Shown here: positions 39,450-49,782 of the stretch, one piece after another
Position numbering within the stretch: position 1 is the stretch's first letter
Layout of the letters: each line of letters opens with the position of its first letter
NCBI GenBank assembly: GCA_965644295.1
Contig: CBFFRP010000360.1
Span: 108,595-172,594 of the forward strand
Direction: 5' to 3'
DNA from: Paraphysomonas bandaiensis
Lineage: Eukaryota > Protista > Chrysophyceae
Length of the DNA: 64,000 bases
The notes under the pieces: model-generated
Database searches by the model: none
What the model was told of the DNA's origin: nothing
Seen by the model: only the letters and a program-made list of their open reading frames with translations
Translations under genes and position numbers: made by a program

Positions 39450-39941
39450 CCCTCAACAAAGTCGGACTCGCACCTTTTCGTGGTGTTCTGGGGGATAAGA
39501 ACCGGAGTTATTTCTCTGGGAAACTAACGTGAGCCGCAAACATAGTCAGCAGATTAGATATTCTTCTGCCCACTCATAGCCGAATGCTTGTGTGGTACAA
39601 GGGACACGAATAAGTGTCACTTGTGTAGACGTCTTTGGGCCCTGACGAATGAACAGGCATCCGGGAATGGGTCCACCTGAAGGGTAACCGAGGTATTGGA
39701 CTGCCTGCTGAAGTCAAGCATCTGGGATGTTCACCTTAAGAACTCAGAGCGGAAGTGGTCGCACCTTGGTGCTTGCGGCGACGCACAAGCAGCTTCCGTA
39801 GCGTTAAATAGTAGGATAAAAAAAGTGTGTACTGATTAGTTACAGGTAGAGGTCTAACTAGTTTGTCTAGCATTCATCTAGCTACTAAGTTAGTGCAGGT
39901 TTTTAACGCCTATTGCTAATAATAAAACTCTCAATATAATA
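39450..39941 (+). mobile_element. Apparently full-length SINE-like retroposon (about 490 bp)
   Basis: Starts CCCTCAACAAAG and ends in the family A core plus an AT tail. 10-bp TSD TCGACATAGT at 39440-39449 and 39942-39951. Confidence 0.88.
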
Positions 39942-40194
39942 TCGACATAGTTATATCGACTAAGGAGGCTGCGCACAATACTTGGATAAAAAGGACGATA
40001 CTTCTCCTTTTATGCAATATCGGAAGCTTGTTGTAGATAGTGAGCAGTCATTGCATGACTGGTTATTAGTTATTAATATGGGGCTATATTATCTTGGTGG
40101 CAATATGAGTGTTCTATTGAGCTTTCTTCGAAACAAAATGAATGTCTTATTATCAGCAATATAAGCGATGAAGAGTCAATGCTTAACTTTGATA

Positions 40195-40650
40195 TCTTAC
40201 TATTTAACGCTACGAAAGCTGCTTGTGCGTCACCTCAGCCACCAAGGTGCAACCATTTTCGCTCTATCACTCATAGCAAACGCAGTGAGCAAGCAGAATG
40301 TTGATGTACCTTACATCTTCTGACTTCAGGATTTTTAGTATTTAAGGTGGGCCCATTCCCGGATGCTTAACTTCAGCAAGCAGCCCAATACCCCGGATGC
40401 CCTTGAGGTGGGCCCATTTCCGGATGCCTGTTTATTCGTCAAGGCCCAAAGACGTCTGTACACAAGTGACACTTATTCGTGTCCGTCTTGTACCACACAA
40501 GCATTTGGCTATGATAAAGCAGAACAATATCTGCTGACTACGCATAAAATATATTATATGCAGCTCACGTTAGTTTCCCGGAGAAATATGTCTCCGGTAC
40601 TTATCCCCCAGAATACTACAAAAAGGTGCGAGTTGACTTTGTTGTGGGAC
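40195..40650 (-). mobile_element. Diverged variant of the same retroposon
   Basis: Reverse-complement similarity to 39450-39820, with the 21045-type internal segment. Confidence 0.75.
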
Positions 40651-40788
40651 AAAATGATGATAAAAAACTTGAGCCCATCATATATAAAATATATTAAAAA
40701 TAAACTATTTTGCGTTTGTATTAAATTTATCAACAGTTACCACTATATATAAGGGTAAATTAGTTATTTAACTAATATTGTCAGCTAG

Positions 40789-41100
40789 TAACAAAGTCGG
40801 ACTTGTACCATTTCGTGGTGTTGTGTGGTGGGGGATAAGTACCAGAGATACTTCTCCAGAAAACTAACGTGAGCTGCATACATAGTCAGCAGATATTGTT
40901 CTGTCCTCTCATAGTTAAATGCTTGTCTGGCACAAGGGGTACTAATTAGTGTCACTTGTGTAGAGGCCTTGACGAGTAAACAAGCATCCGGGGTGTTGGG
41001 CTGCCTGCTGAAGTCAAGTATCTGGGAATGGGTCCGCCTCAAGCGCATCCGGGGTATTGGGCTGCCGACTGAAGTCAGGCATCCGGGTTGTTGACCCCTT
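40789..41100 (+). mobile_element. 5' part of the same retroposon with expanded internal GCATCCGGG repeats
   Basis: Matches 39455-39735 and is cut off by a hAT end at about 41114. Confidence 0.75.
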
Positions 41101-41113
41101 ATAGTGTAACATT

Positions 41114-42045
41114 CAGGGACGTGTAACAATTAATTGGCGCAGGTTGTAGTCAATTATAATCGCATATATTACTTACTGTCCCAATTTATTGCATTGCAAT
41201 TAATTGATACTAAACTACGTACGTACATAGCTATACGTTAGCTGCCAGTATAGCTTTCTCAACTGCATTTTTATTTCAGAGGCGATGATTCATGCGCAAA
41301 ATCTTAAGTAGCTCTAAATGCTGAGGTGTCGTACTCTTACGTAAATCTGTCACAACAAATTTTCCTCAACTTTTTTGGTTGTGGGATGCAAGTCCTCCAT
41401 GCAGCGGTATCGAGTTTGCTTGTTAAGGCGTGCTCGCTCCGCTGCCTGTTACAATCAATCTAACGCTCGCTGTGTTGAATTCTGAACATCATCATATTCC
41501 ACATTGAGCAAAAATATTTTAATTTGACCATTTTCCGTCCAGGTATGTGACGCTTCGTTACCACTTTCCATATTCAAGACTAACTTTTGAAATGAAGCAT
41601 TATAAATATTAGAGAATTGTCGCCCAGATGAATACAATGATTGCAGTTTTATCAGCAATTTTGATATTAAAACAATTTTGATGTTAAGAAAGACGACCCA
41701 CTTTCACGAATGATTTAGATCTGTTTCTGCAATTGTCTGACTTTGTGGTAGACGACGTTAATGAAGCTTTCTTTCCAGCAACCATTGAATTAAATAGTCC
41801 GTCTCTCAGTTTCAGAATGAAAACATTCGAACACATATTAGTAGTCCGACAATAAATGAACCTTTAGCTAGCTACATGTAGTTTGTATTGCGTGTGCAGT
41901 ACCCAAAATACGCACGTAAATTAGTGATATTAAAAGTATTTTAATTTTTAATGTATTTTAATTAAATTTTGATCAATTATTGCAATGCCAGTAATTGACA
42001 ATTAATAATAAAAGTAATAGAAAACCGATTAATCGTAATTCAGAC
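41114..42045. mobile_element. Decayed hAT-like element
   Basis: Left end CAGGGACGTGTAACAATTAATTG...GCAGGTTGTAGTCAATTATAAT is homologous to 1561-1700; AATTG-rich right subterminal region. Confidence 0.55.
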
Positions 42046-42413
42046 CTGAAAGTTTAACCCCTTGATGGTTATGTGAGGTTATTCTGTATAGACACTGCGT
42101 AGATATCTTTAAAATCAAGATATCTGCTTGCAATAAGGAGATGATAATACATCGACTACCACAGTACCCAGTTGAGTTGTACCTGAATTAAGTGAATAGA
42201 GTAGTAGTATATCTATCAGCAATATATCAAATATTGAGAGAAAAAAATCGCACCCACATCAGAGCCATTGATTCACAGGAGCACAAAATGTTTATTATTA
42301 TACAACGGAAATTATTATTAAGCTATCTACGGGCAGAACTGTTGCGGCATAATTAAGCAGATTAAAAACTCCTTACAAACCAGTATATTACAGTAAACAT
42401 TAAACAGAACAGA

Positions 42414-42770
42414 CTATGGGCCTGTTCTTGGCTTTTTAAGAGCAACACTGTCTGTGTCCTCTTTACTGTCAGTGTCCCCTTTGCTGGCTGTTACCTGCCT
42501 AGTGACCTCTGCAGATAACATGCAATCACACTCACTCTTCATCTCTTCTAATGCACCAATCAATGATGAGTAGTAACCTCCTTCACGTAATGAGGCCATA
42601 GAGCCGTGATCGTGACGACCTGAGTACTTATATGATAAGTTGGAGCTAGCGGCCTCCTCTGATACACAGTTCGGATCATAAGACACTTGAGACGCCACAG
42701 GCTTAGATATGCAACTGTTCAACTCCGGACAGTTGATTTCAAGAGAGACGAGATGGGTGTTGCTGGACAT
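42414..42770 (-). CDS. Small protein (118 aa), possibly KEOPS subunit GON7-like
   Basis: Intact ORF MSSNTHLV...; helix YYSSLIGALEEMKSECDCML resembles the Gon7 core by eye; NLS-like KKPR tail. Confidence 0.55.
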   Translation of the reverse strand: MSSNTHLVSLEINCPELNSCISKPVASQVSYDPNCVSEEAASSNLSYKYSGRHDHGSMASLREGGYYSSLIGALEEMKSECDCMLSAEVTRQVTASKGDTDSKEDTDSVALKKPRTGP

Positions 42771-42847
42771 GTTGCTCAAATCCCCACTAACACTTAACAC
42801 AATATACATATACATGCATACCCATCCAACCTAACAGCCCATGCATT

Positions 42848-43208
42848 CATACATACATACATACATACATACATACATACATACATACATACATACATAC
42901 ATACATACATACATACATACATACATACATACATACATACATACATACATACATACATACATACATACATACATACATACATACATACATACATACATAC
43001 ATACATACATACATACATACATACATACATACATACATACATACATACATACATACATACATACATACATACATACATACATACATACATACATACATAC
43101 ATACATACATACATACATACATACATACATACATACATACATACATACATACATACATACATACATACATACATACATACATACAGACATACATACAGAC
43201 ATACATAC
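42848..43208. repeat. (TACA)n array, about 90 units
   Basis: Lies between the divergent 42770 and 43417 starts; two variant GACA units at the right end. Confidence 0.99.
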
Positions 43209-43416
43209 GATCTATTCGGGAGGAGGGAACTCATGTGTGGTTCGAAGTAGTATGTCCCTTCGTATCATGTGGGAAGTGCATGTGCGTGTCTGCATATTCT
43301 CACGCCTTCATTGGGGAAATACTTCTACAGGGATTTTATTAATAGATTAAAGCCAATCACAATGAAGTCATTATCACACTATTCATTCTCATCTGTCTCA
43401 TATCTCTATTCTCTTA

Positions 43417-45852
43417 ATGTCTCCATCATATCGTTCAGCTCTTACACAGCCTCGTGCTGTATGTGTGATGCTATCACTCATAGCGGGACTCAGTTGTATG
43501 TTACCTCCGCTATTAGGCATTGGAACCTCTGTACAACCAGAGATCGACGGGCCTCTAAAGCTCCACTGGTCAGCCTTTGAAACGATCCTTCTCGTATCTT
43601 TAGCGGTCACTCTTCCATTAGCTCTTGATAACATACTAGATTATCAATTACCTCTTAGAACGACACTTCCTCGATGGCTTATTGTGTTGTCTCTCGCCCT
43701 CCCTACAGTGCTGGTATATGCTCTTCATGGTTCTGCTATTTATTCCCAGGACCGGCGCAGTATCGGATACAGTGTTATCATGATGCGTGAAACTCTACTT
43801 CGGGGTGCGCTACTGAGCTTCATGATTCATAAGCAGTGTTCAGTCAGATTGATGATCACTATTGGTGGTGTGGGTGTGCTTTCATTTACTGCGTTACAAA
43901 TTCGCTTGTGGATGTGCTATTTCCCACTCGTCATGACTCCGAGTTTGACCCATGTTGCAGATATTTTAACTTCCTCGTCCACTTTAATTGTTACGCATAT
44001 ATTGTATCAAAGATACTTTTCATCACCGAGCTGTAACATTGCATATCATTACGACTCATTTTACGCTTTTCTCTACATAATTAACATGATCATGAAATTT
44101 GGATTGATGCTTATCACACATGACATTGGTTACTTGGGTTTGTCGGATATTTTGATATGCACAGTTGCAACTACGATTCCAGGACGACAGGCACGCCATG
44201 AGAAAGCTGTTGCTGAGGTGCGTTTAATGTAGTCAGTGAATTATCATTATTTTTTGCTGCAGAGTATCATATCATCCAAACGTGACTACGTGAGTTACAT
44301 GTCGCACGAGATACGCACGCCTCTTAATGCTGTGTACATGGGAATACAACTTCTAGCCAAGGAATTCAGAAACCACCTGTCTCCTGATCACGATTTTCAG
44401 AATATTTTATCCGATATTCAAGGCTCGTGTAGAGTGGCTATCGATATATTAAATGAATTTCTTCTAGTGAACAAGCTAGAAGCTGGAACATTGGCACTCG
44501 AAAGACAGCCAGTCGCTGTAGTTGAAATGATAAAAAACGTTGCATCCCCATTCGAAAATCAGGTATATTTTTCTTGTGTGCGTGTTAAAGAAGTTTGTTT
44601 ACACGTTTGTAGGCTCGACTGAAAGGAGTTAACTTTGAGTTCACTGGAGACTGTCATATTGATCCCGTTCTCGCTGAGCTAGATGCCTACAGTGATGTCG
44701 ATATTCGAAAGATTAGTCAGGTGCTTCGTAACTTGATCGCTAATGCATTGAAGTTCACTCCCTCCGGAGGAAGTGTGGACTTGTTCACATGTGTAAAACG
44801 ACGTGCGCCATCGTCACTCCCGATGCGCGGTTCATTTTCATCTACTAGCGTGATTCCAGATCATGGTTACGGTGATAATTACTTTAAGCATGACAATTAC
44901 AGGGCTACTCACAAGTTAATTCCAACTCCTAGCTTAAATATCAATGATTGTATACTTCGCGTTGAAGTGCATGATACTGGGGTTGGAATAGCTGAGGTAT
45001 ATAGACGGTCACATATCGATAAACGCTTATCTTGCCACAGGAAAATAAGAAACGCCTTTTCAAAGAAATTGTCCAGTTCAACGCTGCACAGCTTCAAAAT
45101 GGAGGCGGTTCTGGTCTTGGCTTGTGGAGTAAGATTAGACACAATATAAGTGGGCTTTGTTGTGATGCATCTGTTGTGTAGTTTCGAAGCAAATTGTTGA
45201 TCTTCATGGAGGGGTAATAGGGATGTCTTCTGAATTGGGAAAGGGGTCTGTGTTTTTTTTTGAACTTGATCTCTGTGGTCCCCCCTCGGATTTAGAGGTT
45301 GGTAATGTAACGACAGTGATGACTCCAAGTGATCTAGGCAGCAGTCCTTGTCCCTCACTGAAACGTATTTCCTGCAGTCACGCTAGTGCAGATCTCAGTA
45401 TTCACTCTGTAACCAATACAACTACACGTGCTGACTTAAGAGTTCTCGTTGTCGACGATTCTGCTGTGAATAGGAAGATGGTTTGTCGACTGATGGCATC
45501 GTCAGTACTAGATATCCACCAAGCGGAAAACGGCATTAAAGCTGTAGAGAAAGTCCGAGAATCGCTAACAATATCCACTCCATTTGACCTTATTTTCATG
45601 GATGCCACAATGCCAGAAATGGGTGGTGCTCCAGCTACACGTCTCATCCGAGAAATGGGATTTAAGGGAAAGATTGTGTTCTTAACGGGAAATGCGACTC
45701 CAGAGGATCGGGCAGAGTTTATGAATGCTGGGGCAGATGATGTAATTATAAAGCCATGCACACTCGAACGAATCGATACCATTCTCTCGTCACTAGGTGC
45801 ATTGCACGTTGTTAACGATATACTAATGTGGTAATTTGTTTCGGCAGATTAA
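43417..45852 (+). CDS. Hybrid histidine kinase: multi-TM input, HisKA, HATPase, receiver (multi-exon)
   Basis: SHEIRTPLN; RNLIANALKFT; HDTGVGI; GGSGLGL; GKGSVF; receiver VVDD, IFMD and KP. Confidence 0.95.
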
Positions 45853-46306
45853 AATATCGGTTTTATTTTAGCTGAATCGTCGTGCAACCTGGGACAGTAT
45901 TATTCGTGCTCTGTTTTTGTTTCTCCTTTTAACTATACTTTATCGTTATTGATGAGAATGAATTGCATTGGGCATTTTATTATTCATCACTGCTTTGTAT
46001 TTCGAAGAATATCAATTCTCAAATTGTATAAGTAAAATAGATTATGTGAATCACGGCCGCTCTCTTTGTAATTTAAAATACCAAGTACTGGGCGTAGAAT
46101 TTATGTTGGAAGGCTATATATTTTCAGTTGGAGAGAGTATAATGTTTTTGCCTTGTCTAGACGACACATATTATTCCTAGTTAACTGCTAAATTAATACT
46201 GATCTTACGCCTTCATTGACTTGCCTTCCTACTAATTTAGCCAATGTACACTACCATTGAAATTAACTGGCCATTGAAAGGCTTCTCGATATTTTCATTC
46301 TTTGGA

Positions 46307-46814
46307 TATATATTGAAAGTCTTATTATTAGCAATAGGCGTTAAAAACCTGCACTAACTTAGTAGCTAGATGAATGCTAGACAAACTAGTTAGACCTCTA
46401 CCTGTAACTAATCCGTACACACTTTTTTTATCCTACTATTTAACGCTACGGAAGCTGCTTGTGCGTCGCCGCAAGCACCAAGGTGCAACCACTTCCGTTC
46501 TGAGTCCTTAAGGTGAACATCCCGTATGCTTGACTTCAGCAGGCAGTCCAATACCTTGGTTACCCTTCAGGTGGGCCCTGTCCCGGATGCCCTTGTGGTG
46601 GGCCCATTTCCGGATGCCTGTTTATTCGTCAGGGCCCAAAGACGTCTACACAAGTGACATTTATAGGTGTCTCTTGTACCTTGTACCACACAAGCATTCG
46701 GCTATGAGTGGGCAGAACATTATCTGCTGACTATGCTTGCGGCTCATGTTAGTTTCCCAGAGAGAATCTCTCCCAGAACACCACGAAAAGGTGCGAGTCC
46801 GACTTTGTTGAGGG
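46307..46814 (-). mobile_element. Apparently full-length SINE-like retroposon, inverted copy
   Basis: Same 5' nucleotide as 39450. 12-bp TSD TCATTCTTTGGA at 46295-46306 and 46815-46826. Confidence 0.9.
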
Positions 46815-46835
46815 TCATTCTTTGGAAGATGCTCC

Positions 46836-47568
46836 TTATTCCTTGACAATCGGGTGCCTAATGATGAGTTCGTCAAACAATATGCGAACGTGGTGAAGGT
46901 CGAGATGGTGTTCACCTTCCTTCTGTAATTGTATGGACACTAGTTGAAAAAATTCCAATTCCTCCCGTAATTGCACGAGCTTGGCATGCTCCATTTTACT
47001 TGGTATGAGACTTAACACGTCCGAATCAAACTCGCATGATCGCAAATGATTAGATAGAAACAAGTAGGTCAATCGTGGAAAATGTGGAGCCCCTTTTCCA
47101 TTTCTATTGCAGCCTCTTCGTTATTATAATTTATTTTCTAAAAGAACACTCGTGCAATGACTTCTGGTGCCAGCCTATCGCTCATATCGCTGATTAATTA
47201 AATTAATTTTTGAAAGTCTTATTATTTAGTAATAGGCGTTAAAAATATGCGCCAATGTAGTGGCTAGTTGAATGCTAGACAGAATTAAATTAATTACTAT
47301 GGGAGATAATCCTATGGGTATATATATATATAAAGTCTTTCACCAATCTTCTATTTTTATCCCAAAAAGAATTGGATTTTGCAATAAAACTGCCGTTTTT
47401 TAACAACTTTTTAGCATAAAGAGGTGGTATTTTTATTACAATTAATTGCAATTAATTGACAATTAGTTGAAGATAGCTGGAGTGAATTATAATTGCAATT
47501 ATGATTTGATGTCCCAATTTCAATTATTACAATTTCAGTAATTGACAATTAATTGATACGCAGCCATG
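46836..47568 (-). mobile_element. hAT-like relic with terminal repeat
   Basis: VSIQLQ...LHHVRILFDELI fragment. AATTGACAATTAATTGATACGCAGCCATG at about 47540-47568 is the inverse of the 1561 end. Confidence 0.55.
47209..47282 (-). mobile_element. Severely 5'-truncated family A retroposon (74 bp)
   Basis: 13-bp TSD AATTAAATTAATT at 47196-47208 and 47283-47295. The TSD is low complexity. Confidence 0.7.
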
Positions 47569-48036
47569 CTCGCTATTGTACACTATTAACTCACTTCGAT
47601 TGCACAATATATATATATATATTGCATCACACTGTGAAACTCAACGCAGCTGATCCTCATGGTGTTGAAAACATATTATCTAATATATAGCTATTTGTAG
47701 TTTGCTTCTTGTTAGTGCAACGTGAATAGATATAGATATATATCCCTAATTCAATAGTTACTAATATTGACAAAGGTAAATGGCATATATATCTAAAGAT
47801 TAACGGTAGTATTAGGTCGGTAGGTTGTGAGACTCGCGCGCTTTCGTTTACTACATTTGATACTACATGTGATCTATTGGGTTATTTCTACAGTAAAGGG
47901 GTCCACATTTGGACCACGTAAAAAATAGTTTAAATAACATATCATATTTAACTCGCCACATAGTATAAAACTTTTCCTATTGAATTCTTGATGGAAGCGC
48001 AATATGCTGGCCGCAAAAACCATACATATGGAGTAT

Positions 48037-49128
48037 TTACTTCATTATATCAAGAGTATCTAATAGAAGAGAGGCTTTCAGCTCAGATGAAAATGAAGTC
48101 TTTCTGGCACAAATATTGTGCCATGTAGACTTCGCGTCGTCAATTGTCATACCAAATGGCCACAACTGTTTCTGGTGAATGTCAGTAGCAGCTCGCCACA
48201 GAGCAGTTTCATTGCTCATTACGAAATCTAAAAAGTCGGCAACTTCAGGTGCTAAAAGGGATCGATATGATGGGCGCGCTGAAGAACCATACTGCCTTCG
48301 GTACGCCAAAGCTGTCCCGTGCGAATTGTGGATAGTACAAGACATCAGAAATTGGTCAAGTGATAAGTTGAACTTTAAGGACAAAAGAATGAAGAATGAC
48401 TCTATGCTCTCCATGGTGCCTACAGCTGTAAACAGGTTTTCTAGGCTGTGATTGGCTTCATTCAAAGAATAATGGAGCACTCGACCGTCACCGTGTCCAC
48501 GGTCAGATATTTTCTCTCGAATAGCCCCCAATGCATGCAGATAGGAGTTTGGATTTGTGTAGCCTTTGCTGACAGACATGTATTTGTAAATCAATTTAAT
48601 ATCAGCTAGCGTTAGTGTTGGTATCGTTGAGCTATTTTCCGCTCTACGATACGCTTCAAGTGCTGCAGTCTTGTCGGAATGCTTTGTTCTATTGATTTGC
48701 CGGTATAGTCTGGATTTGAAATATATCATCTGGGACATAAATCTTTCAGGAGGATATCTCATAATTGTGATTCTTTTAAATCTATCAAACGATAAGCCTA
48801 CAATTAATTATAAGGATTGTAATCCCCACCTCTGACCCTTTAATGGAGGACATAACTCGTATGATCTCTGCAGGCCTCTCATCATAACACTCTCAAGATA
48901 GTGATGAGAGAATGGAGCCATACAATGAGAGTGAAATGATATATTTGTATATGAATGATGTAAGAAATCCATCACTGATGCTCCTCCAACTTTATAGAAT
49001 TTCATGAATAGAGGGATATCAGTGACTGCATGATGTCTATTAGAGTATGAGTGGAGTGGAATGGCTCTGTTGATAGAGACTATGACGATGATACAGATGA
49101 CACAGAAGAGAGAGATGAGATATGACAT
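48037..49128 (-). CDS. Golgi-type sulfotransferase family protein (2 exons)
   Basis: N-terminal signal-anchor; PAPS-binding-like FMKFYKVGGAS; ITIMRYPPERFMS. Confidence 0.7.
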
Positions 49129-49322
49129 GAAGGTGGTGTTTATTATGGGTATGAGAAGTATATTGCTGGTTATGTGAATGGTGTGTAGAGAGAGTCATGT
49201 TGATGGTATGATTAATACGCTAATTCACAGATACATACACATATATACATACATACTATAAGATATGACCACCACCTTCAAGAAGAAGAAGAAGAGCGAA
49301 GAAGTGAAGATATGCGTCCACG

Positions 49323-49620
49323 GTATGTATGTATGTATGTATGTATGTATGTATGTATGTATGTATGTATGTATGTATGTATGTATGTATGTATGTATGT
49401 ATGTATGTATGTATGTATGTATGTATGTATGTATGTATGTATGTATGTATGTATGTATGTATGTATGTATGTATGTATGTATGTATGTATGTATGTATGT
49501 ATGTATGTATGTATGTATGTATGTATGTATGTATGTATGTATGTATGTATGTATGTATGTATGTATGTATGTATGTATGTATGTATGTATGTATGTATGT
49601 ATGTATGTATGTATGTATGT
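49323..49620. repeat. (TATG)n array, about 74 units
   Basis: Lies between the divergent sulfotransferase and kinesin starts. Confidence 0.99.
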
Positions 49621-49782
49621 GTCAAGTAGCTGTTACGTGTTCTGCTCATATGAATATGTGTACTATAGCTGCTACTATAGCTACATTATATCTCCACCTA
49701 TAGCTTATATACTCCTAGTGATGGAGTTGTCTCATCAGTCATCATATAGTATATTTCACTCTTATAGTGTATAATTAACGTC

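Noticed and set aside
39636-39680. Hammerhead-like CTGACGA...GAAA in the retroposon
   Set aside because: No stem II can form, CTGA is TTGA in two of four copies, and GAAA is not conserved.
44050-44125. Rhodopsin-like helix (YIINMIMKFG) in the kinase sensor
   Set aside because: The Lys is in the penultimate rather than last TM, Asn replaces the DxxxK Asp, and there is no RYxDW motif.
46789-46804. B-box-like GGTGCGAGTCC suggesting a tRNA
   Set aside because: It is antisense to the retroposon, with no T-stem pairing or cloverleaf.
39450-46814. Inverted ~500-bp copies as TIRs of one element carrying the histidine kinase
   Set aside because: Each copy has its own distinct TSD, so they are independent insertions.
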